20,694 nucleotides of DNA from Vicugna vicugna (GCA_013265495.1 MU057887.1:3507576-3528269), one strand, 5' to 3'. Shown: positions 10,901-19,736, counted from the stretch's first letter. The notes: generated from the sequence alone by a model not told the origin. Program-made: numbers and translations.

Positions 10901-12296
10901 GTGGCAGGAGGGCGCCAGGGAGGTGACTCCGCCGCTGGCTCGAACCTGGGGGCTGAGCCACCAGCGCAGAGCCCCGCCTGTCCTCAGACCTCACCAGTCA
11001 CCTGAGGCCCCACGCCCACTGTGGGGACAGGTCACGGAGGCTGGGGTCACAGAGCCAGCGTAGAGCCAGAGGGGGGCAGGGGGATGGGCCACAGCTGCCA
11101 CTTGCAACTTTGGGCTGTTTTATCAATAACAGCAGGAGCCTGGCCTGCAGCCACTCCCCCTCATCCCAGGACCCTTTGCCCACTGCCCCCCACCACCCTG
11201 GACCCTGCCACAGCCTCAGACCTCTCTCCCTCCACCAGGGGCACCCATTTTAGGTCAGGCAAGAGGAGTCGGGGCCTGGGGGGGCCTGGGGGCTTCAGGG
11301 TGGGAGCTAGCACCACGAGAGATGAGATGTTTTCATTCATAACGGGAGACACGCTGCAGCGAGGGAGCGTACAGAGCCCCATCGTGCGCAGAGAGGAGCA
11401 TCTCAGGTACGCGACTCAGCCCCGTGTGCCCCGCGCCGGCCCGCCTGGCGGCCGGGGGCCCCGGGGCCTGCCTGCTGCTGGGAGTGCCCGTCCGCGCCCC
11501 TGAGAGGGGGGGCCCGGCCCTCCCGGGCGCCCGGTCCTCACGCTCCCCCACCCAGACGGACCCCCCAGGGAGCCTCTGCTCCCTGCGGTTTCTCTCCAGG
11601 TCTGCAGAACAGATCCAAGGCCAGCCCCCTCGGCCTTGACAAATCACTGCCCGTGTCTCAGTGAGCCACCGATGGAGCCTCAGAACACTGATGAATTTTT
11701 AATTTTCAATAACTTGGTGTATGTCGCTTTTTAAGACCAAATAAAATAACCCCTCCAGCATATCAAAGCATTTATTTTTAAATACAAGTCTCATGTGTAA
11801 ACCGAGAGACAACCATGAAATTGTGCCCACGCTGAGCCTTGTAACTCAGCAGTAAGCAAGGGTGGAGACCACGCTACTACCAAATTTGTTTTTATTGAAA
11901 TGATGCACTTTTAAAGTGAGCTTCTGGCTTATAAACAGCCTCGGGTGAGGAGGGGGCAACACAGTGCCCCAAGGGGTCCCCACAGCGCCAGCCCAGTGTG
12001 CCCGACCAGAGCCTGACCCCTGCAGCCCCCGCCGCCCGGCCAGCGGGTGGACATGTCTGCCCCCCGGGGTGCCCATCCTTTGACACCAGGACCCCATGCA
12101 GCTGGGCAGGCAGCTCTTGGGACCCCAGGCCGGGCCCCAGCCAGCCGCACGCGGAGGGGTCCCCTCGGGCACGCCCGGCTCCGCACACGCTCCCGGGCCG
12201 CGGGCCCCACGCCGTCCCCACACGGGCGCCGTTCGGGCTGCAGACTCCAGTTCCCTCTGGGACACAAATGCTCTCCATGCTTTGCTTTGTCCACTT

Positions 12297-12840
12297 TATT
12301 CTTTTTTTCATTTCCAGGGTTTGTTTTTTTTTTAGTTTTTTTTTATTTAAGTATAGTCAGTTTTCAGTGTTGTGTTAGCCCCCACGCACAGCACAGCGAT
12401 TCAGTTACACACACGCATCCCTTTTCGTATTCTTTCCCAGTACAGGCTGCTGCAGGGCACTGAATATTGTCCCTGTGCCACACAGTAGGGCCTTGCTGTT
12501 GATCTGTTTATATACAGTAGTGTGTGTCTGCGAATCCCAGACTCCCAGCTTACCCCACCCCCCCCACAACCACAAGTCTGTTTGCTATGTCTGTGAGCCT
12601 CTTTGTTTGGTACAGAAGTTCATTTGCGCCATTTTTTTAGATTCCACATGCAAGTGATTTCATGTGATGTCTGTCTCTGCCTGACTTCAGTTAGTATGGT
12701 CATCTCTGGGTCCCTCCAGGTTGCTGGAAATGGCATTTTTTCATTCTTTCCTATGGCTGAGGGATATTCCATTGTACATACACACCACATCTTCTTATCC
12801 AGTCATCTGCCGGCAGACACTTAGGTTGCGTCCATGTCTT
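12297..12840 (-). mobile_element. 5'-truncated LINE-1 3' end (ORF2 C-terminus, 3'UTR, poly(A) tail), cetartiodactyl-type
   Basis: Poly-T tract at about 12297-12345. Minus-strand peptide KTWTQPKCLPADDWIRR resembles L1 ORF2 KTWKQPKCPSTDEWIKK. 3'UTR motifs atgtggaatctaaaaaa, gcacaggga and aactgactatactt-aataaa are present. Confidence 0.9.
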
Positions 12841-12889
12841 GTAAACACTCTTGACTTTGAAGATTCTCCACATCGGCATGTAAAGCGCT

Positions 12890-14115
12890 TCCTGGTTGTT
12901 TGCAAACAGCGGCCTTGGACCGCACCACAGGGGTGCCTCCACGCACCTTAGCCATCCCCCTGGGCGTGACATTTAGGTTGTTTCTAACCTTTTGCTTGGA
13001 CCAAATTCTGCAACCTGGTAGAGTCATTTCACCCTGGTCAGAAGACACCTGGGGATAAACGCCTCGGAGCTGCAGCACCGGGTCCACGGGCGGACGGATG
13101 GTTCGACTCCTCTCCAGGGGGCCCCCTCGGCCCTGCCCACCAGCAGCGCCTGGGAGGGCTCACCCCTTCACCTCCACATTTCCTGTGGTTTTGATTCTTT
13201 GCCAACCAATCCTGCAGTTTAGAAATCGCCATTCAGTGCAGCTTGAATTTGCATTTCTATTACTATTAGTGAAAATGAGCATTTTTAAATATGTTTATTT
13301 GCAGCAACGTGAATGGAACTACAGACTGTCATTCTAAGTGAAGTAAGCCAGAAGGAGAAAAATACCATATGCTATCACTCCTATGTGGAATCTAAAAAAG
13401 AAAAAAAAGGACGCTATGAATTCGTCTACAAAACAGAAACAGACTCGCAGGCATAGTGAACAGTCTTATGGTTCCCAGGGGAAAGGGGGTGGGAAGGGAT
13501 AAATTTGGGAGTTTGAGATTTGCAAATGTTAGCCACTATACATAAAAATAGATTTTTTTAAAAATATTTCTTCTGTACAGCACAGGGAACTATATTCAAT
13601 ATGCTGTAATAATTTGAATGAAAAAGAGTATGAAAATGAATATACGTATGTGTGTGCATGACGGGGACTCTGTGCTGTGCTCTGGAGACGGACGCATTGT
13701 AACTGACTGCGCTTCAATAAAGAAATGTTTGTAATATATTTATATATTTAGAGCCCGTTGGATTTACTTTTCTGTGAAATGAGTCCATAGTTTGCCCACT
13801 TTTTTCTATCCTGTTAGTGGTGTTTTAAAAACTGATTTGTAGAACCTTTATATGTTAAGGACATTTTTCTATGGTTTGAGCTGCAAATATTCTTCCTAAT
13901 TGCTCTTCTGACCTGGTGAATGATGGTGGGGTTTTTTTTACCGTGCCTGCACAACTTTTTAAATTTTACATTGTTAAATATGTTGAGATTCTCTTTTAGG
14001 GTTTCTAGAGGTTGCATCACATTTAGAAAATGATCCCCACTCTGTGGTTACTAAAAAAATCACAACATGATTTTTTTTCTGGAATTTTAATTCTTCACTT
14101 TGACCCTTTGAAATT
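12890..14115 (-). mobile_element. Ancient LINE-1 (L1ME/L1MC-like) ORF2 3' fragment, interrupted by the younger L1 at 13298-13725
   Basis: The strings gacatttaggttgtttc and ttgaatttgcatttctattactattagtgaaaatgagcatttttaaatatgttta continue after the insert as gagcccgttggatttacttttctgtgaaat...tttgcccacttttttct...ctgatttgtagaacctttatatgttaagg...tgcaaatattcttc. This order follows the L1 reverse-strand consensus as I recall it. Confidence 0.72.
13298..13725 (+). mobile_element. 5'-truncated LINE-1 3' end, cetartiodactyl-type (camelid-like), inserted into an older L1
   Basis: Runs tttgcagcaac...ctaagtgaagtaagccaga...atgtggaatctaaaaaa...acaaaacagaaacagactc...gggaagggataaatttgggagtttgagatttgca...gcacagggaactatattcaat...aactgactgcgcttcaataaa. 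Subfamily assignment is from recall only. Confidence 0.9.
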
Positions 14116-14129
14116 TACCTGCTGTGAAG

Positions 14130-14415
14130 AAAAACAACTGTGGCTTTAAAAGGGGAAAAGTGCTTGTTTTTATCACATAAGAAATCTTCAGGACTGGGCG
14201 TGCATCAAGGACCTAGCCTCCATCCATCTCGTGGCTCTGTGACTCCCCACACGGTCCAAGGTGGCTGCTCCAGCTCTGTCCACCACACCCACACTCCAGC
14301 CAGCAGAAGGAAGAAGCTCCTCCCACGCAGAGGACGTTTCCAGGAGTGACACTCCAATCACTTCCCGCTGATCTGGCCTCCCCTAGCCGCAAAGGAGCCT
14401 GGAGGCTGTGGACAT
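14130..14415. mobile_element. Probable ERVL-MaLR LTR remnant (old MLT1 family)
   Basis: Motifs occur in the order typical of old MLT1 LTRs: gtggcttt-aa, tcacataagaa, catcaaggaccta, ccaaggtggctgctccagctc, ccagccagcagaaggaagaag, cctagccgcaaaggagcctggaggctgt. Confidence 0.62.
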
Positions 14416-16498
14416 TACTGCAAGAGGCTTCATCACAACACAAAGAGATGTGGTGCAGGGAGGTCAGGTGGAGTCTCGGCCACCTCTTCTGCAGCTGGTG
14501 CTGAGGGGGAGCTGCTCCCCACACCACAGAATTCGGCTCTGGAAGCATGAGGCCCAAGGACCCCTGCTCTGGGGGTCTCAGCTGCCCACTGCTGGAGCTC
14601 CTCTGGGGGTCGTGGGAGGGGCTGGGGTCTGAGCAAGGGTGGCAAGACCTGTCCCCACAAGTCTCCCCAGGCTGGGATCAGCCCCGGAGAGGCAGAGAGG
14701 GGTTAACGGCTTTGGTTTCTGGGGAAAAGTGAGGAAAGGGGGAGACCTCTGCCCCCCCACCCGCCCCCGAGAAGCCCAATGCACCAGGTTCAGGAGCAGA
14801 ACATCCATCCATCCCACCCGGAAGGGGAGACCCCAAGAGGACACATCTGGGAGTACATGGCCCTGGAAGGGGGGCCCTGGAGAGGGCGCATTGGAGGTGG
14901 GGGTCCCCGGAGAGAGCTTGTGGGGGGACACGAGCTGTCTGCTGTGGGGAAACCCTGGTCACCACCCACAGAACTGGGGAGGGGGCCGCACCACGTGGTC
15001 AGACCCTGCCCAGGGGGACAGGGCCAGGAGCCCAGCCACATGGCGAGAACCGTCTATACTGTCCTAGACACGAAACGCCCCAGGCTGGCCATGGCTCTGA
15101 CCCTGCACTCACAGCAGCACCAGGTCAGTGGGCACTCTGTGGATGCCGGGGCCACATACCCAGACCACGAGACCCCAGTGTCCACCGGCGTCCCCCCTGG
15201 CCCCGAGTTCACAGGGCCTGGGGCCCTGGCAGCAGGTCACATCGGATTAACTACAGGTTTCAAGGAGAAACCGTCAGCCCTCCTGGGGCTGGGGACCCAA
15301 GAGCACGCCTAGCCTCCAGCCTCAAAGGGGCCGACACCTCTGCTGGGCCCAGGCCCCCAGCCACCCCTAGGGACCCACCTGCACTCTGAAGCCATCCCTT
15401 CAGCCCCTCCGCCTCCCCATATAGCCCCTGGGGACCACCCACCCCCACCCACCCCTTGACTGGCCCCCAGAGGCCTAGGACACCTGCTCACAAGCCAGAA
15501 CCAAAGACCCCAAAGCCCGCTGTCCCCACCTTAAGCCACCCTGCAAGGGACAGGCCTCCAGAACATCCAAGAAATGCCTCAACTCAGCCTGAGCAGTGGT
15601 CAGACATGAAGAGACACCTGTGCAAAGAGCAAGAGGCGGGGAGGCGCCCCTGCCCCGGCCGACACACCACGGGGGCGTGCACCGGCCCCCTGCACCCCTT
15701 CCCAGTTCCCATCCCCCTGTCCTTGCGCTGTGTCTGAAGTTGCTTTTGATAAACTCAAGAAGGATGTGCCAGAAGCAGCAGAGGGAGATGGGCATGTCTG
15801 GTCCTGGCAGACTCGACTCCGACGTTCTCTACGCTGTAAAACACCTCAAGGAAAAAGAAGCCGTTGCCAGGAGCCCCAGGGCCCCGTGGTGCTTGACCCA
15901 AGCTGGCAGTGGGGCCCAGGAGGTCCCACTAAGACCCAGGGTGCCCGCCGCCCCAGACAGTATGGTCCACCACCAGCCCCAAGCCCCTGCTGAGGGTTGG
16001 GGCCAAGGCACAGCCATGCCCAGTGTGGGGCAGTCAGGGCAGAGCCGAGCTTCCGAGAAGGAGGGGCCTACTTGGGCTGCCCTGGGCCATCAGAGGAGCC
16101 CAGTCCTCAGGGCTGCGTGCTGCCTGGGGAGAGGTCCCAGGGGCAGGGGGCCCAAGGAGGCTCCTGGGATGCTGGGAAGGTCCTGGGCACACAGGGACAA
16201 GCTGGACCCCTCCCAGCGGGTGCTCGGTGGGAGGCCCAGATGGGGAGTGGCGGCGAGGGCCAGCTCCAGTGGGGTGGGCAGACCGCGGCGGCACCTCCCT
16301 CTGACTCCCTCCAGACTGGGGCGGGGATCTGGGTGTGAAGCCCAAGCTCTGCCCCAACGTGGAGTGCAGCCCGCGTCCCCTGCCCCCGCTCCGACCACAG
16401 CGGGGGCCTCGCTGGCAGTGACACAAGCCCCAGGGCCCGGGAGCCACGGCAGAGAAAGCGTCCGTCAGACGGGGGACAAAATTATCAAAGGAGGATGT

Positions 16499-16504
16499 TT
16501 TATT
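16499..16504 (-). terminator. Candidate distal BRD1 polyadenylation signal AATAAA
   Basis: Minus strand reads GTTGTTTGTAAC (UGUA about 20 nt upstream) ... AATAAAACATCCTCCTTTGATAATTTTGTC. It ends a second AT-rich block (about 16480-16620). Confidence 0.55.
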
Positions 16505-16763
16505 TCCAAGTTTCTATGGAGATGTTACAAACAACGGTGACTGAAAAGAAAAAGCGCTTTAAAATCTGACCTACCGCTTTAAAATAAAAATTCGATTAGG
16601 TAAAATAATAAATAACGACACTGAAGCTTTCGAGAGGAAGGCGTGTCGCGCTCCGCTGGGACCCTCACCCTCACCCCCCACCCCCGCAGGGCCGCCAGCA
16701 CGCACACCCGCCCCGCGCTCCAGTGATGCAGGAATGAAAGGGCCACACCGTCCAAATCTTGAC

Positions 16764-16769
16764 TTTATT
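16764..16769 (-). terminator. Probable main BRD1 polyadenylation signal AATAAA
   Basis: Plus-strand tttatt. Upstream on the mRNA there are U-rich runs and UGUA motifs (about 16868-16887). Downstream is GU/U-rich GGTGTGGCCCTTTCATT. The long AT-rich block ends here. Confidence 0.75.
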
Positions 16770-16863
16770 TTTTAATATAAAAAATGCAATTTTGGAAACC
16801 CACCCTACCTTTTCCCGTAACATAATGCTTTACCTCTTAAAAATAAAAATAAAGTACTAATTC

Positions 16864-16871
16864 TATATACA
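16864..16871 (-). promoter_or_regulatory. Pumilio response element UGUAUAUA in the BRD1 3'UTR
   Basis: Plus-strand tatataca is TGTATATA on the mRNA strand, an exact match to UGUANAUA. Confidence 0.55.
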
Positions 16872-17098
16872 TCACATGTACCATACAAAAATGTATCCAA
16901 AGTTTCTATTGCTACCAAAGTGTCCTAAATTAAAACAAGTTACAGAAAGCCCCGCATTGTAAACAAAAGATTACAAGTTACAAAATCAAAGAACACACAG
17001 CCAGAGTCATTTACACAACAAACAACACATCCTGCTCCCAAAGCAAGTTGGATCTGTATGTGCCTGTATAAAAATGCATAGCAATATACTTCTGCAAG

Positions 17099-17104
17099 TT
17101 TATT
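17099..17104 (-). terminator. Candidate proximal BRD1 polyadenylation signal AATAAA
   Basis: Plus-strand tttatt in mid-UTR, with UGUA about 30 nt upstream and U-rich GCATTTTTATAC downstream on the mRNA strand. Confidence 0.35.
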
Positions 17105-17644
17105 TCTCCTTATAAAGCAAATGAATACACTTTCTACAATAAATAATCCGCTGGTAGGCACACCCGTGGGAGGCTGGCGGGGGGCCTCCTGGGGGCGGCG
17201 GAGTGTTTTTGGTGATTTGCAGGTGATGCACAAGCATAAATTTATCCTCCACCTCTTTCCACAAAGTACCATTCAAAATAATGTCGTTTTCTTTCTTAAA
17301 ATACACATTTGTCATTGTAAATTTACATCCCGTCTTATTAAATAAGTGGTACTCTGTGTAAAGAGTATGATTCACAAAATTATTAAACATTCAAAAGTCT
17401 TCTTAAAAAAAAGCTACAGATCAAAGAAAGTGGCACAAGCACGTCCTCCACTGCGACCCGCGGGCACAGCTCCCCCGAGGGCACGCCCGCGCCACCCACC
17501 GCGCCCAGCGGGACGGTGTCGTAGAAAACGGCAAGTGAAGCCTTCCCTCCCCGGGAAAGGATTAAGCCAACCCTAAAACTCAGAATAAGTTAAGTGGTGA
17601 AGCATGTACAGCATGTACAGCGCGCGGACTCCACGCACAGGCGC

Positions 17645-17828
17645 TCAGTCCACGTCGCTGAGGTCGCTGGCCGGCTCGCCATGCACACGGCTCAGATGGG
17701 TCATGGCGCGGTCGAAGGCAACGCGCACGGCCTTGCGGATGCTGGAGTTCCTCCCCTCCATCATCTTCAACTTGTCGATCGTCTCGTCCACACCCAGGGG
17801 GACCATCTTAGACTTGGGGAGCCACTGC
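17645..17828 (-). CDS. BRD1: BRD1 last exon, coding part (184 nt); PWWP C-terminal helices and stop
   Basis: Translates as (W)QWLPKSKMVPLGVDETIDKLKMMEGRNSSIRKAVRVAFDRAMTHLSRVHGEPASDLSDVD*. Acceptor TCTCCCCCTTTAAAAG|G; TGA at 17645-17647. Confidence 0.97.
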
Positions 17829-18496
17829 CTTTTAAAGGGGGAGACGCACGGTGAGGCTGGCGCAGCAGCGTCACCCCCTCCTCGCAACCCCCACCCCCCC
17901 ACGGCAGTGTCAGCCTGGGGCACCGCCTCTCCTCGCCACTGCCCAGGGGCCGCCAGGCCCCTCACCACCCCTACCTAGGGGCACACAGGCCAACCACACG
18001 GGCACTCACTCAGCGAGGGTGGGGGCAGGGTGGCTCGGGGAGACCCAACAACGCCCCAGCGGTGGGGCAGCCCGAGGACCGGACCAGGCCCGGCCGAGTC
18101 GCTGTCTGGGTCTGAGCAGGAGGGGGTCAGGGTGAGGGAGCAGGCGGGCCGGGGTGCTGACAGCCACCACCCAGCAAGACGCACAAAGCCAATCCAGCTG
18201 CACTTGCCAATGCGGCCAGCCCCACACACCCAGCAGCCTCGGGCACAGAAAGGGCCACAGCTCTGAGGGGCAGAGGAGCCCAGTGCAGGGGGCGTGTGGA
18301 GACAGTGCCCACGGGCACTCGGGGTCGGGGCCGTGGCACGTTTGGGGCCCCCTAGGCGGGGCATCTCCTGGCAGGGTCTGGGAGCCCACACGGACCCACG
18401 CAGGACACAGGCAGGAGGGAGTGGAGCTGCGCACCGCGCCCAAGGTCAGGACGACAGGGCTCCTGCGGCATCCGCACAGCCATCACTCGCACTCAC

Positions 18497-18651
18497 CAGC
18501 TTCTCTTGTTGTCGAAAAAGAGGACAAGGAAGAGCTTCTCGTCAGCCTTGGTCTGCATGTGCTCACCTATCTTCAGCACGTCCAGTGGCGGGGCTGGGAT
18601 GGTGACCCCGTTGTGGTGGCCGGGCACACGTGGCATCTTGGGGTCGATGAT
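18497..18651 (-). CDS. BRD1: BRD1 penultimate coding exon, 155 nt; PWWP domain
   Basis: Hand translation (this frame is not in the ORF track): [51 protein letters not shown](W). Acceptor CCTTGGCAG|; donor CTG|GTGAGT; phase 0 to phase 2. Confidence 0.97.
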
Positions 18652-18801
18652 CTGCCAAGGGAGGACCCGCGATCACAGCTGCAACCTTGCACCTGCACCC
18701 CTGAGGAGTTTCGGGCCCCACCGACACCCCGACACCCGCATGGGGGCCCCAGCACCTGCCCCGCCCCCCTGACACACAGCTTCTGCCTGCCCACAGCTCA
18801 C

Positions 18802-18911
18802 CAGGGCCGGGTAGGAAGGGTAGCCGCTGCACTTGGCCCACACGACCTTCAGGGGCTCGAGAACGGAGGCTGCTGCGTCGGTTGAAATCCACATGCTGTT
18901 CTGACCGACTT
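18802..18911 (-). CDS. BRD1: BRD1 internal coding exon, 3rd from last, 110 nt; start of the PWWP domain
   Basis: Translates as (E)VGQNSMWISTDAAASVLEPLKVVWAKCSGYPSYPAL, with the BRPF-type YPSYP variant of the PWWP motif. Acceptor CCCCCTCCCCCAG|; donor CTG|GTGAGC; phase 1 to phase 0. Confidence 0.97.
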
Positions 18912-19608
18912 CTGGGGGAGGGGGAGGGGGAGCATCAGCAGAGCCCCCAGGACCTGACACAGCCGCCCAGCCAAGGCCGCCCAGGGCAGCAGAGAGCCCC
19001 TGCAGCCACATCACCCTGTGTCCTCAGCCCGCCCCAGCTCAAGGGCCTCTGGCCTCCAGGTGCCCAACAAGCTCCCCGCTTCTGAGCCCCTCCTACCAAC
19101 CTCCAGGGAGGGGCTGGGCCCCCAAAGCATCTCTGTAAACTCAGAACCACAGCCTTGGCTCCCCTCAAAGACCCACCCGGCCCTGCCCTCCCCACACCCC
19201 GACTCAGAGGAACCTGCCCAACCTCTCAGCACCTCCCTCAGAAGCCCACCCAGTCCCAGCCCCCTTCTCCACGCAGCCCACGGCGGCGTTGAGCTCTCAC
19301 GGCTGCATCAGCTCGCTCCACGAGGCACGGCCACTTCTCGCGGCAAGGGTGCTCCCGGCCCGACCCGCAGCCTGGCCAGCGCCAGCCCAGCACTGAAGCC
19401 CAACCCTCCTCTGGGCACTGAAGGCTGGGGGACCGCCCCCCCTGCCACCCCATGTTCCAGGGCAAGTGACAGATGGGCCTGAACGCAGGCAGCCAAGTGT
19501 CCCACACAAACTGCCCCGGCACCTCCAACAGCGGCTACGTGGCCCCGCTAGCAGGCCCCTGGAAACACCGGCCAGGGAGGCCGTGCGAGGGAGGCGGGGC
19601 AGACTCAC

Positions 19609-19736
19609 CAGCCGCGATCCTGGCTGCCTTGGCGTAGTTCCCGTTCTCGATGCAGGAGATCAGCTGGCTGCGGTCCTCCAGCGTGTGCCTGCGGACCAGG
19701 GCGGGCTTGCCTCGGCCACACCTGGGTGCGCTGAAA
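19609..19736 (-). CDS. BRD1: BRD1 internal coding exon, 4th from last, 128 nt
   Basis: Translates as (S)FSAPRCGRGKPALVRRHTLEDRSQLISCIENGNYAKAARIAA(E). Acceptor TTTCCACTGCAG|; donor GCTG|GTGAGT; phase 2 to phase 1, matching both neighbouring exons. Confidence 0.96.

Larger units (their letters stand above)
16745..17644 (-). other. BRD1: BRD1 3'UTR (about 0.9 kb; about 1.15 kb if the distal poly(A) signal is used)
   Basis: Directly follows the stop codon. Mostly AU/U-rich on the minus strand against a GC-rich background, and ends at AATAAA signals. The exact cleavage site is inferred. Confidence 0.85.

Noticed and set aside
11271..11304. Plus-strand G4 motif (ggggcctggg repeats)
   Set aside because: The motif is real, but such motifs are common across this window and it has no positional link to a feature.
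15596..16540. 314-aa plus-strand ORF converging on the BRD1 3' end
   Set aside because: It starts at GTG, is low-complexity (Gly/Pro/Ala/Arg) and has no recognisable domain. Long ORFs occur in all six frames here because stop codons are rare at this GC content.
16580..17145. Plus-strand AATAAA hexamers suggesting a convergent gene
   Set aside because: They are explained as the complement of U-rich tracts in the BRD1 3'UTR, and no supported plus-strand gene leads into them.
17601..17621. 9-bp tandem duplication (agcatgtac)x2 in the proximal 3'UTR
   Set aside because: It gives UGUACAUG, which is not a full Pumilio element. Most likely a small slippage event.
17573..17647. Possible stop-codon read-through extension of BRD1
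   Set aside because: The context is TGA-GCG, not TGA-CTAG. The extension is short, with no targeting signal or SECIS-like element seen.
18652..18801. 150-nt phase-0 intron as a possible in-frame retained intron
   Set aside because: It contains an in-frame TGA at 18673-18675, so retention would truncate the protein and probably trigger NMD rather than insert 50 residues.
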